From assembly GCA_963422205.2 (NCBI GenBank), contig CAXMWX010000009.1, positions 262,721 to 326,720 on the forward strand: 64,000 bases of DNA, written 5' to 3'. Positions 17,815-27,015 of the stretch are shown here, piece by piece. This stretch comes from Gammaproteobacteria bacterium. Lineage in GTDB: Bacteria > Pseudomonadota > Gammaproteobacteria > Eutrophobiales > Eutrophobiaceae. A program made the position numbers and the translations under genes. The notes under the pieces are model-generated. The model was not told the DNA's origin and ran no database searches. It saw only the letters and a program-made list of their open reading frames with translations. The stretch's first letter is position 1. Every line of letters starts with the position of its first letter.

Positions 17815-19347
17815 TTAATGATGGCTGGGGAAGGCAAACTGTGCCTGTTCCAGAGAGTCTGACGGCCAGCGTTGCGAGATGGTTTTGCGGCGGGTATAGA
17901 ACCTGACAGCATCCGGCCCGTAAGCACTCAAATCGCCAAACAGCGAACGCTTCCAACCACCGAAGCTGTGACAGGCCACCGGCACCGGCAGGGCGACATT
18001 CACCCCTACCATGCCGATCTTGATGTTGTCGGTAAAATAACGGGCAAGCCCACCATCACGGGTAAAAATACAGCTGCCATTACCGTACTCATGCTCATCA
18101 ATGAGTTGCATCGCCTGTTGCAGGCTGTCGACCCGCACGATGCACAACACCGGCCCGAAGATCTCTTCCTGACAGATACGCATCGTTGGGCTGACCCGAT
18201 CGAACAGACAGCCGCCGAGGAAAAATCCCTGCCCATGTCCCTTAACATGCAGACGGCGACCATCAACGATCAGCTCTGCGCCCTCCTCAACGCCGAGATC
18301 CACATACGCGGCGACCTTCTCCTGATGTGCTTTGGTGACGAGCGGCCCCATGTTGTTTTGCCTGTCCCTGCCGGGGCCGATCTTCAATGCCCGTATCTCA
18401 TCGGCCAGTTTGCCAACCAGCGCATCTGCTGTCTCATCGCCCACGCACACCGCCACCGAGATCGCCATACAGCGTTGACCACTGGAGCCATAAGCCGCCC
18501 CCATCAAGCTGTTTACCACGTTATCAATATCGGCATCCGGCATGATCACGGCATGATTCTTTGCACCGCCCAGGGCCTGTACCCGTTTGCCGTGTGCCGT
18601 GCCAGTCTGATAAATATACTCTGCCACCGGCGTTGAACCAACGAAGCTGACGGCCTGTATGCGCTTGTCCGCCAGCAGGATATCCACGGCCTCTTTATCG
18701 CCATTGATCACATTGAACACCCCATCTGGCAAGCCCGCCTCGGCCAGCAGCCCGGCAACGTATAAAGACGTGCTGGGGTCTCTTTCCGAGGGCTTGAGGA
18801 TGAAGGTGTTACCACAGGCCAGCGCCATCGGATACATCCACATCGGCACCATGGCGGGGAAGTTAAACGGCGTGATCCCGGCCACAACGCCCAGGGGTTG
18901 AAATTCTGACCAGCTGTCAATGTCCGGCCCGACATATTTGCTGTGCTCGCCCTTGAGCAATTCCGGCGCCCCGCAGGCATATTCAACCACCTCAACCCCC
19001 CGCATAAACTCGCCAGCGGCATCATCCAGTCCTTTGCCATGTTCCTCGGTCAACAAGGCGGTGATGGCCTCGGCATGGTGTTCCAGTAATGCCTTGAAGC
19101 GGAACATGATGCGGGCGCGCTTCATCGGCGTTGTGGCACGCCAGGCCGGAAAGGCCGCCGCGGCCGCGGCGATGGCTTGTTCTACCGTGGCGGCACTGGC
19201 CATCGCCACCTGCCGCACAAGCTGGCCGGTGGCAGGGTTGGTCACCGCCTGGGTACGGGCAGTCTCCTTGATCTGCTTGCCGTTAATGTAATGGCCGACT
19301 GTCTCGGTTGTTGTGGTGTCTGTCTTAACAGCGTGAACTGAACTCAT
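17815..19347 (-). CDS. mmsA: CoA-acylating (methyl)malonate-semialdehyde dehydrogenase
   Basis: GITPFNFPAMVP, KPSERDP, GGAKNH, GSSGQRCMA, FGGWKRSLFGD motifs. Confidence 0.93.
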   Translation of the reverse strand: MSSVHAVKTDTTTTETVGHYINGKQIKETARTQAVTNPATGQLVRQVAMASAATVEQAIAAAAAAFPAWRATTPMKRARIMFRFKALLEHHAEAITALLTEEHGKGLDDAAGEFMRGVEVVEYACGAPELLKGEHSKYVGPDIDSWSEFQPLGVVAGITPFNFPAMVPMWMYPMALACGNTFILKPSERDPSTSLYVAGLLAEAGLPDGVFNVINGDKEAVDILLADKRIQAVSFVGSTPVAEYIYQTGTAHGKRVQALGGAKNHAVIMPDADIDNVVNSLMGAAYGSSGQRCMAISVAVCVGDETADALVGKLADEIRALKIGPGRDRQNNMGPLVTKAHQEKVAAYVDLGVEEGAELIVDGRRLHVKGHGQGFFLGGCLFDRVSPTMRICQEEIFGPVLCIVRVDSLQQAMQLIDEHEYGNGSCIFTRDGGLARYFTDNIKIGMVGVNVALPVPVACHSFGGWKRSLFGDLSAYGPDAVRFYTRRKTISQRWPSDSLEQAQFAFPSHH

Positions 19348-19358
19348 CGTGCTTACTC

Positions 19359-20702
19359 CTAATCAATCCTCTCCAGTACGGAACGGACGATGCTGAATGT
19401 CTCTGCCAGGATATCCGGGGTAGAGGTGAAAAATGGGGCAAATTGCAACACATCCATGCCGTTGCGTACCATCAGGCCCTGCTCAAAACACTTGATATGC
19501 GCTTCCATACCGCGTGCGCCCGGCTTGTCCGGCCGGGGCGCCAGTTCAATCGCGCCCATCAAACCAAAGTTGCGTATATCAATCACGTGCCTGGCATCGT
19601 GGAGGGCGTGAATGGCCTGTTCAAACTCCGGCTCAATCGCCCGCACCCTGGCGGGGATGTCATCACGCCGGTAAATCTCCAGGCAGGCAAGCGCCGCGGC
19701 GCTCGGCATGGGATGGCCGGAATAGGTATAGCCGTGAAAGAATTCGATCGCATATTCCGGGCCCTGCATGAATACCTCATAAATCTGCCGACCGACCAGC
19801 ACCGCCCCCATGGGCAACACGCCGTTGGTGATGCCCTTGGCGGTGTTGATAATGTCCGGCATCACGCCCAGGCGCTCACACCCGAAGGCGGCACCAATAC
19901 GGCAGTAAGCGGTGATCACCTCATCGAAGATCAGCAGGATGCCGTGTTGTGTGCAGATTTCCCGCAGGCGCTCCAGGTAGCCGACAGGCGGCACCAGCAC
20001 GCCGGTGGAGCCGGCCACCGGCTCGATGATAACCGCAGCGATATTCTCCGCATCGTGCAGGGCAACAAGACCTTCCAACTCATCGGCCAGGTGCGCCCCC
20101 CACGCTGGCTGGCCCTTGCTGAAGGCATTGTGTTTGAGGTTATGGGTATGTGGCAGGTGATCCACATGTGGCAACAGGGCGTTGCCAAACATCTTGCGGT
20201 TTGCCGGAATTCCGCCGACCGACATGCCGCCAAAATTGGTGCCGTGATAGCCACGTTCTCGGCCAATGAACCGGGTGCGTGTGCCCTCACCCCGAAGACG
20301 ATGATAGGCCAGGGCGATCTTCAGTGACGTATCGGCGGATTCGGAGCCGGAATTGGTGAAGAAGACATGCTCAAAGCCGGCCGGGGCGAAATCCACCAGC
20401 CGGTTGGCCAGTTCAATGACCCCGGTATGGGCAACCTGGAAGGCCGCAGCATAATCCAGTTTTGCCGCCTGGTGTTGCACGGCCTCAACAATCTCCGGGT
20501 GGCAATGCCCAAGCCCGCTGGTCCACAGGCCGGAGAAGGCATCCATCACCTGCCTGCCATCGTCGGTGGTGTAGTAAAAACCCTCGGCTGAATCAATAAT
20601 GCGTGGTGCTTGCTTGAACGCCCGGTTGGCCGTGTATGGCATCCAGTAGGAATCAAGCGCCAGGTTAATGGCAGCGTGGCTGGCTGTGTTCATGTGCTTC
20701 AC
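19359..20702 (-). CDS. Omega-amino acid (beta-alanine):pyruvate aminotransferase, class III PLP enzyme
   Basis: YWMPYTANR.FK, SGLW, FDEVIT, TAKG (PLP Lys), HGYTYSGHP; adjacent to mmsA as in bauA/bauC modules. Confidence 0.9.
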   Translation of the reverse strand: MKHMNTASHAAINLALDSYWMPYTANRAFKQAPRIIDSAEGFYYTTDDGRQVMDAFSGLWTSGLGHCHPEIVEAVQHQAAKLDYAAAFQVAHTGVIELANRLVDFAPAGFEHVFFTNSGSESADTSLKIALAYHRLRGEGTRTRFIGRERGYHGTNFGGMSVGGIPANRKMFGNALLPHVDHLPHTHNLKHNAFSKGQPAWGAHLADELEGLVALHDAENIAAVIIEPVAGSTGVLVPPVGYLERLREICTQHGILLIFDEVITAYCRIGAAFGCERLGVMPDIINTAKGITNGVLPMGAVLVGRQIYEVFMQGPEYAIEFFHGYTYSGHPMPSAAALACLEIYRRDDIPARVRAIEPEFEQAIHALHDARHVIDIRNFGLMGAIELAPRPDKPGARGMEAHIKCFEQGLMVRNGMDVLQFAPFFTSTPDILAETFSIVRSVLERID

Positions 20703-20829
20703 CTGATAGACGTTTACGCCAAACTCGGCGGACGTATGATCAATGGGCTATTGTATTGAGTGGGCATGGCGTTAAACAAGGCGTTATTTTGTATTCACTA
20801 ACTGATTGATAGTCAGCGTAAAAAATAGC

Positions 20830-20855
20830 ATAATGTTTATTATAATTAACATTAT
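20830..20855. promoter_or_regulatory. Palindromic operator, probably for the adjacent PuuR-like regulator
   Basis: ATAATGTTTATTATAATTAACATTAT is a 24/26 palindrome in the divergent promoter region. Confidence 0.6.
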
Positions 20856-20866
20856 TGGGCAGGTGC

Positions 20867-21418
20867 ATGATGACTGTTGAAACAGGCGAGCGGTTAAAGC
20901 AGATCCGAACGGCATTGGGGATGTCACAACGGCAACTGGCCAGGTGCAGCGGGGTGGCGAATGCGACCATATCACAGCTTGAAGCCGGTAATCTCAACCC
21001 GACAGTGGGTATGCTGAAAAAAATTCTCGATGGTGTGCCGATCAGCATGAGTGAATTTTTTGCTGATGAGTTGGTGCTGGAAGAGAAGGTATTTTTTGCC
21101 GCCGATGAGTTGATCGATATTGGCCGGGGCGGGGTTTCCTATCGTCAGGTCGGTGCGAACTTAAATCAAAAGGCGATTCAATTACTGCATGAGAACTACA
21201 GGCCGGGTGCTTCTACCGGCAAGCACCGCCTTACCCATGAGGGAGAGGAGTGTGGCATTATCTTAAAAGGTTGCCTGGAGGTGACAGTTGGTGAGCAAAA
21301 AAAACGGCTAACGGCGGGCGATGCCTATTATTTCAAAAGCACGCAGCCGCATCACTTCAAGAACCCGGGCCGAGTGCCCTGTGAGTTGATCACGGCTTGT
21401 ACACCGCCGAGTTTTTAG
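20867..21418 (+). CDS. XRE-HTH + cupin transcriptional regulator (PuuR-like)
   Basis: GMSQRQLAR..GVANATISQLE HTH, then cupin HEGEECG...GDAYYF...PH.F.N. Confidence 0.92.
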   Translation: MMTVETGERLKQIRTALGMSQRQLARCSGVANATISQLEAGNLNPTVGMLKKILDGVPISMSEFFADELVLEEKVFFAADELIDIGRGGVSYRQVGANLNQKAIQLLHENYRPGASTGKHRLTHEGEECGIILKGCLEVTVGEQKKRLTAGDAYYFKSTQPHHFKNPGRVPCELITACTPPSF

Positions 21419-21805
21419 TCGGCTTGTGGTTATCATGCGACAGGCAATGGCTTTTGATCAGATCACTATCTCTTCTACGATGCGGGGTAAGCTATGCCAA
21501 CTCTCCCATGTAACATGGGCTGGATGAGGTTCTACAATGGGGAACGCCCTGATGATCCGATGACAGGCTGGTAATCGTTACCTGTTCTTTAAGCGATGAT
21601 CCAATCGTGTCCCGGTGCCTGTTTTCAAAAGAGCAGAATGCCTGGATTGTTGAAGAGACAAATGGTATTCGCGTTGCTATTGAAAAGAAGACGGCAGCGG
21701 CAGTCAGGCCGGAGGTAGTTAGACTGAAAACTTGAATTCATGCTGGCAATTAAGAGGTATCATTTGCTGTGGGCTATCGCAGCCAGCAGACGTTTTTATC
21801 GTACT

Positions 21806-22159
21806 TCACGGGGCCTTATCCAGCCCCTGTTCCCGAACATCAGAGCAATATACACTTGCCCTGGAGAAGATACCGCCATCAATGCACATCTGTCGGAACT
21901 GATCCTTGCAGCGTTGATAGGCCAGGTTCCAGCCAAGCCGATAGTCCTCATCTTGCTGCATGCGTGCTGCATCGTGTCTAAAGCGGTTAAACAGCGAACC
22001 ACCAGAGACATAACCACTGTGGCAACCATCAGAATAGCCGTCTTTATAGGCCGGGCTTTCGCCAATCGTCGGGCGCATATCAGGTTGCAATGCCGGGCTG
22101 ATACAGCCAGCAATGGCTGTGGTCAGGGCGAGGGTTATCAATCTTACTATCGTATTCAC
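21806..22159 (-). CDS. Hypothetical lipoprotein
   Basis: Lipobox IAGC; YKDGYSDGCHSGY motif; overlaps the cysQ stop. Confidence 0.75.
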   Translation of the reverse strand: MNTIVRLITLALTTAIAGCISPALQPDMRPTIGESPAYKDGYSDGCHSGYVSGGSLFNRFRHDAARMQQDEDYRLGWNLAYQRCKDQFRQMCIDGGIFSRASVYCSDVREQGLDKAP

Positions 22160-22956
22160 AGGCTGTTAAGATAGGGTTGCCAGTCGAAGTGCTTATCACC
22201 GATCACCATGAATTCCGGGTTCAACAAAGAGGCCGTGTCGTTATAACAAAGCGGTTGGTCGTGCATGTCAAGCACCGCCCCGCCGGCTTCATTGACGATA
22301 CAATGGGCCGCGGCGGTATCCCACTCGGACGTTAAGCCAAAACGGAGATAGACATCCGCACTGCCCTCGGCTACCAGGCAGAATTTCAATGAACTGCCGA
22401 TGGCGATCATCGTGCTTTGCTGGCCTAAAGATTTGATGAATGCCTGCTGTTTTTTATTCCCATGGGAGCGGCTGCCACACACAGCAATATGGTTCATATC
22501 GGTTTTCCGGGTTTGAATTGCTGAAGTGCTCGTCCCGGTTATTTTATAAGCCCCATGATCCCGGCTGGCGTAATAACACACATTGCCCACCGGTACATAC
22601 ACCACGCCTATGACCGGCAGATGATCTTCTATCAGGGCGATATTGACCGTAAACTCTCCATTGCGCTTGATGAACTCTCTGGTACCATCGAGCGGGTCGA
22701 TTAACCAGTATTGCCGCCAATGCTTTCTCTTATCCCACGGCGGAATGGTGGACTCTTCGGATAAAATCGGCAGGTTCGGTGTCAGTGCGGTTAAGCCTTT
22801 TGTTATGGTTTGATGGGCGATAAGATCGGCCTGTGTGAGCGGCGAGTTATCCTTTTTGTTATTTACAGTAAAATCAGACTCATAGATAGTCAGGATCGCC
22901 CTGGCCGCCGCTCTGGCGATCTCAATGACCTGGCGGGTAGTCTCCTCTGGTATCAT
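22156..22956 (-). CDS. cysQ: 3'(2'),5'-bisphosphate nucleotidase
   Basis: SPLTQAD, LSEE, WLIDPLDGTREF, SRSH, GSSLKFC, EWDTAA motifs. Confidence 0.96.
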   Translation of the reverse strand: MIPEETTRQVIEIARAAARAILTIYESDFTVNNKKDNSPLTQADLIAHQTITKGLTALTPNLPILSEESTIPPWDKRKHWRQYWLIDPLDGTREFIKRNGEFTVNIALIEDHLPVIGVVYVPVGNVCYYASRDHGAYKITGTSTSAIQTRKTDMNHIAVCGSRSHGNKKQQAFIKSLGQQSTMIAIGSSLKFCLVAEGSADVYLRFGLTSEWDTAAAHCIVNEAGGAVLDMHDQPLCYNDTASLLNPEFMVIGDKHFDWQPYLNSL

Positions 22957-22997
22957 TGTTCTGAACAGGTTATACGTATTAACAAAGCGAGCATACC

Positions 22998-23645
22998 ATG
23001 ATTGACTGGGATAACATCAACACCGTCTTGCTGGACATGGATGGTACCTTGTTGGATCTGCATTATGATAATTATTTCTGGCTGGAATATCTACCTGAAA
23101 AATGGGCTGAACAACAGGGCCTGCCTGTGATGCAGGCGAGGGCTGCTCTGCTGGCAAAGGTGAGAAGCAAGCAGGGCAGTCTGCTGTGGTATTGTGTTGA
23201 TTACTGGTCGGATGAATTGCAGCTTGACATCATGCAACTGAAGGCGGACATAGAGCACAAGATCAACCCGCGCCCACATGCTATCGGCTTCCTGCAAAAA
23301 CTATCCGCACAGGGCAAGGCTCTGGTGATGGTGACCAATGCACATCGCAAATTGATCGCTGTCAAGTTTGCGAAGGTCGGTATCGGTCGGTATTTTGACC
23401 GGGTGATCAGCGCCCATGATCTGGGCTATCCCAAAGAGGAGCAGCGCTTCTGGGAATTATTCAGCGAGCATCACCAATTCCATACAGAACATACCGTTTT
23501 CATTGATGATAATTTTGCCGTGTTGCGTTCAGCCCGGCAATTTGGCCTGAAACATCTGCTGGCGATTGCCCGGCCGGACAGCCAGGGGCCGTTATTGCAA
23601 CATGATGAGTTTCATTGTATCGATTCGTTTGATGAATTGATCTAG
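22998..23645 (+). CDS. yrfG: HAD-family GMP/IMP nucleotidase
   Basis: TVLLDMDGTLLDLHYDNYFW, WYCVDYWS, FIDDN motifs. Confidence 0.93.
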   Translation: MIDWDNINTVLLDMDGTLLDLHYDNYFWLEYLPEKWAEQQGLPVMQARAALLAKVRSKQGSLLWYCVDYWSDELQLDIMQLKADIEHKINPRPHAIGFLQKLSAQGKALVMVTNAHRKLIAVKFAKVGIGRYFDRVISAHDLGYPKEEQRFWELFSEHHQFHTEHTVFIDDNFAVLRSARQFGLKHLLAIARPDSQGPLLQHDEFHCIDSFDELI

Positions 23646-24373
23646 GTGGTTTTGCAATAGATTAACTCTCTGATGGTATGGTGCAGCCGAAGCCCGCGGC
23701 GCTCAAACCTGGTCGCCGGCCGCCAGTGTGGTCGTGGCGCATAATTCCCCTGCCCGGCCAGATTAATCAGGCCGGGTTCACGGTCACACAGCGCCTTTGT
23801 ATGCTCGGCCAGCCCGGCATCATCTGTGGCGATATAGAGCTGGCCGTGAGCGCAGAGCGTTGGCAGCAGCAGGCGCAAAAAGCCGGCGTTGAACAGGCGG
23901 CGCTTGTGATGTCTTTTTTTCGGCCAGGGATCGGGGAAGTAAACAGTCACTGCTGTGAATGTCCCCGGTGTGATCTGGTGTTGTAATACCTCAACCACAT
24001 CGTGCTGGATAATACGCAGGTTGGTTATTTTTCTTGCCTGGATTTGGTTTAGCATATTCCCGACACCGGGGGCATACACTTCAACGGCCAGAAAATCGTA
24101 ATGGGGGAAGGTCTCAGCCAGCCGGCAGGTTGCATCGCCCATCCCGGAGCCGATGTCCAGCACTTTGTCGGCAGGGCGCTTGAATGCGGCATCTAAATCA
24201 ACCGGCACGGGCGTATAGGGCAGCAGATAGCCCTCGGCATAGTTGGCGAGAGCATGGCCCTGCGCCCGTGTCAGCCGCCCGGAGCGCAAGACATAACTGC
24301 GGATGCGGCATTGCTTGTTTGTATCATTCACGGCGGCGCCAGCGGCAGGCCGGGCATCAGGGAAGTAGCGCAA
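23642..24373 (-). CDS. trmB: tRNA (guanine-N7)-methyltransferase
   Basis: IRSYVLRSGRLT, DIGSGMG, FPDPWPKKRHHKRR, TRFE motifs. Start uncertain. Confidence 0.94.
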   Translation of the reverse strand: MRYFPDARPAAGAAVNDTNKQCRIRSYVLRSGRLTRAQGHALANYAEGYLLPYTPVPVDLDAAFKRPADKVLDIGSGMGDATCRLAETFPHYDFLAVEVYAPGVGNMLNQIQARKITNLRIIQHDVVEVLQHQITPGTFTAVTVYFPDPWPKKRHHKRRLFNAGFLRLLLPTLCAHGQLYIATDDAGLAEHTKALCDREPGLINLAGQGNYAPRPHWRPATRFERRGLRLHHTIRELIYCKTT

Positions 24374-24377
24374 GCAG

Positions 24378-25286
24378 TCAGAGCTCGACTGTCAGCCCCT
24401 CTCTGGCGATATGGCACTTCATGGAGGAGCGACGATGCTGGATGATTTGTATGGCATGTTCATGGATCTGTTCAATCGCATCATCATCATAATGGGGATC
24501 ATGATGGTATAAATACAATTCCTTCACGCCCGCATCGATAGAGGTATTGACAGTATCCACATAGCAGGAATGCCCCCAGCCTTTTTTCTTTTCATAATCC
24601 TCGCTGGTGTACTGGGCATCGTGGATCAGGATGTCTGCATCTTCCAGCAGTTTTAATTCCATGCCATGTTCTTCTTTTTGCATCTCGTTATACAGCGTTC
24701 TCTCTTCGTCATTTAAGTGTGCAAATTCCTGTTGTACTGATTTTTTCAGATACAGGCATTCGTTGTCAGAGACATACAATACATCCTTGCCAGCCACCGT
24801 GATTCTGTAGCCGTAAGTCAGTCCGGGATGGTGAACATTTTTATAGCTGAGAGAGATGGGGCCATGCGTAATGCCGGTGTTTGTTGGCTCAAGGCAGTTA
24901 ATGTTGGCCAGCCATGTTTCTGTGCCAACCGGAAAATACGGCGCTCGCATTTGTGCGGATATATGCGTTTCAATGTCTTTGGCAGAATACCCCGGGCCGA
25001 AGAAACGGATATTCCAGTCAGCTGAGAATGCCGGCAAGAAAAAAGGCAGGCCGCAAATATGATCCCAGTGATAGTGCGTTAGAATGATAAGCAACTCATT
25101 GATATCCTGCTCATCCATGATAGACTCACCAAAGGGGATGATACCCGTGCCAGCATCGCATATCAGCACATGCTGCCTGTCCCTGATCTCCACACAGGAG
25201 GTATTGCCGCCCACTTTCAGGTGGGTATCAAACGGGGCGGAATGCGAACCACGCACTCCCCAGAAGCGAAGATAAGATTGACCCAT
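24378..25286 (-). CDS. MBL-fold metallo-hydrolase (RFWGVRGS family, putative phosphodiesterase)
   Basis: RFWGVRGS, GGNTSCVE, DAGTG, THYHWDH, HDAQY, WGHS, HHDP motifs. Confidence 0.9.
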   Translation of the reverse strand: MGQSYLRFWGVRGSHSAPFDTHLKVGGNTSCVEIRDRQHVLICDAGTGIIPFGESIMDEQDINELLIILTHYHWDHICGLPFFLPAFSADWNIRFFGPGYSAKDIETHISAQMRAPYFPVGTETWLANINCLEPTNTGITHGPISLSYKNVHHPGLTYGYRITVAGKDVLYVSDNECLYLKKSVQQEFAHLNDEERTLYNEMQKEEHGMELKLLEDADILIHDAQYTSEDYEKKKGWGHSCYVDTVNTSIDAGVKELYLYHHDPHYDDDAIEQIHEHAIQIIQHRRSSMKCHIAREGLTVEL

Positions 25287-25302
25287 CTGTTCAGCTTGTC
25301 AG

Positions 25303-25683
25303 TTATGATAAATATTTTTCTGCCATGTTGGTCACGGCGCTGATCGGCATCGGCATGGTCAAAAAATCCAGCGCGCCCAACTCTTTGACAATGATTTTAT
25401 CTTGAGCATAATCTTTTGAGCTTATCATAACAACAGAGGTGTCTTTATGCAGGGCTGAATCGCGTAATTCTTTAAGAAAAGTGATGCCATCTTTATCCGG
25501 CATGAGGACGCCTAAAAATAACAGGTCGGGTTGGTTGGATTGCAGGTAATCCCAGGCGCCCTCGGCCGAGTCGAACGATTTTAACTCAATATCAAGCCCC
25601 TGAGTGCCCCGCATGATCAGCGATTGCACAGAGGGGCTGTTGTCTACAATGACCACGATTTTTTTTGACTCGCCCATAAGCAT
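25303..25683 (-). CDS. Stand-alone receiver (CheY-like) domain, pseudo-receiver
   Basis: REC fold pattern, but LFLGVLMP (Asp->Gly) and FLTMP (Lys->Met). Confidence 0.85.
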   Translation of the reverse strand: MLMGESKKIVVIVDNSPSVQSLIMRGTQGLDIELKSFDSAEGAWDYLQSNQPDLLFLGVLMPDKDGITFLKELRDSALHKDTSVVMISSKDYAQDKIIVKELGALDFLTMPMPISAVTNMAEKYLS

Positions 25684-26072
25684 CTGCCATTTATTGATCT
25701 ATCGCCAGGGATTGTTATTGTTTTATTGGATATCTTATATAAGCCCGGCACTGATACCGCTTTGTTATTTCACAGCATAACCTGTTAAATTTACAGAGAA
25801 TTTCCAAATAAAATGTCAATTATAATGTAAATTGACAGTGACCGAGCACAAGCATACAGGGTACGGCATGGCTGTCAAAAAGCTCGAATTTTTCTCTGTA
25901 TGTGCTTAAAAATACTATCACCATTTGGTGATGATTAATGTGTGATACGTCTCATTAATAGGAAAATCATGGCATTTTGGGTTGTTCAAATCCATCTCGA
26001 AAATGTACACTTCCAAGCCGAATACTTAAAGGCAGTTGCTGATAAACGACAGCGTACATACGGGCAAGAATC

Positions 26073-26339
26073 ATGAGCAACATTGCCAGCATTAAGAAAA
26101 AAATTTTTCTGGTCAAGGCGTTTGACTGGTTTTTGATGTTTTTGGTATTCGGTGTCGCCCTTCCCTGCATATTTTTAACCGAGTACAAAATTACCGCTGG
26201 CATCTGCATGATGGTCGGCCTGGGGATCATCGGGCAATTCAGTGCTTATTCACTCCACAAAATTGCTGCCCTGAAGGCGGAGTTAAATAAACTGGAAAGG
26301 CAGGCAAAAGAAGCACAAAGACAAAGGCGGCGGCGGTAA
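26073..26339 (+). CDS. Small hypothetical membrane protein (2 TM + basic coiled tail)
   Basis: Two hydrophobic segments, then KAELNKLERQAKEAQRQRRRR. Confidence 0.6.
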   Translation: MSNIASIKKKIFLVKAFDWFLMFLVFGVALPCIFLTEYKITAGICMMVGLGIIGQFSAYSLHKIAALKAELNKLERQAKEAQRQRRRR

Positions 26340-26406
26340 ATCAGCACGCTGTCCGGGGGTTGAGCTGTCAATTTGTTGTCTGTCGCTGAAAACCGGCCAG
26401 GCGAGT

Positions 26407-27015
26407 TTACTCTGCCTGCTGTTTTCTCTCTATGTGTTCGTACTTGTTTTCATAGAGTATTTTGCGGGCGGCTTTCAGTGCCTGGATACTGCTATACGGG
26501 CCAAGGCGCACCCGATAACGGATGTCCCGCCCGCGGATTAAGGCTTCCTGGATTTCTGCCTGCATACCTAACAGGGCGAGATTGGCCTTGACCACCTGGG
26601 CAGATTCTGGGTTCCTGAATGATCCCACCTGCAAGATATAAATGTCATCGCCTTGTTCTTCTGTATCGGGTGCTGTCAGTTCCTGTTCGGTGACTAATTC
26701 TGAGATATTGATCTCCTTGTTGGGCAGGATTTTATAGAATTCAAACGCCGGTTCTTTTGTGACAAACTCAAAAGTCGGCGGCGGCGTGTTTGTCTCTCCC
26801 ATCACCGCTTCAGCCTCTGCTGGTGCGGGTTTTTCCGCTTCCCTGATTTCCGTTATGATCACTGGCGGCGGCCTGCCTGCATCCACAACGACATAGACAA
26901 CACCAGCAACTCCTAAGCCTATGCCAAGCCCAATGAGAAACGGCACCGTGCTGCCGGATTGTCTTTGCTCTTCGGCGGCTGTTATCTGGTTTCTGTTTTT
27001 GTAATCTCGTGCCAT
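26407..27015 (-). CDS. SPOR domain cell-division protein (FtsN-like)
   Basis: MARDYK, TM segment, FEFYKILP, YILQVGSFRN...RVRLGPY; downstream of argS. Confidence 0.9.
   Translation of the reverse strand: MARDYKNRNQITAAEEQRQSGSTVPFLIGLGIGLGVAGVVYVVVDAGRPPPVIITEIREAEKPAPAEAEAVMGETNTPPPTFEFVTKEPAFEFYKILPNKEINISELVTEQELTAPDTEEQGDDIYILQVGSFRNPESAQVVKANLALLGMQAEIQEALIRGRDIRYRVRLGPYSSIQALKAARKILYENKYEHIERKQQAE

Noticed and set aside
19443-20327. 294-aa antisense ORF (also 13583-14389, 17872-18636, 37901-38629, 58314-59042 and similar)
   Set aside because: Fully antisense to well-supported genes, with no motifs; expected from codon bias at this GC content.
22957-22997. Absence of nudE between cysQ and yrfG (and of rpmE beside priA)
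   Set aside because: Ordinary synteny variation; the genes may lie elsewhere in the genome.
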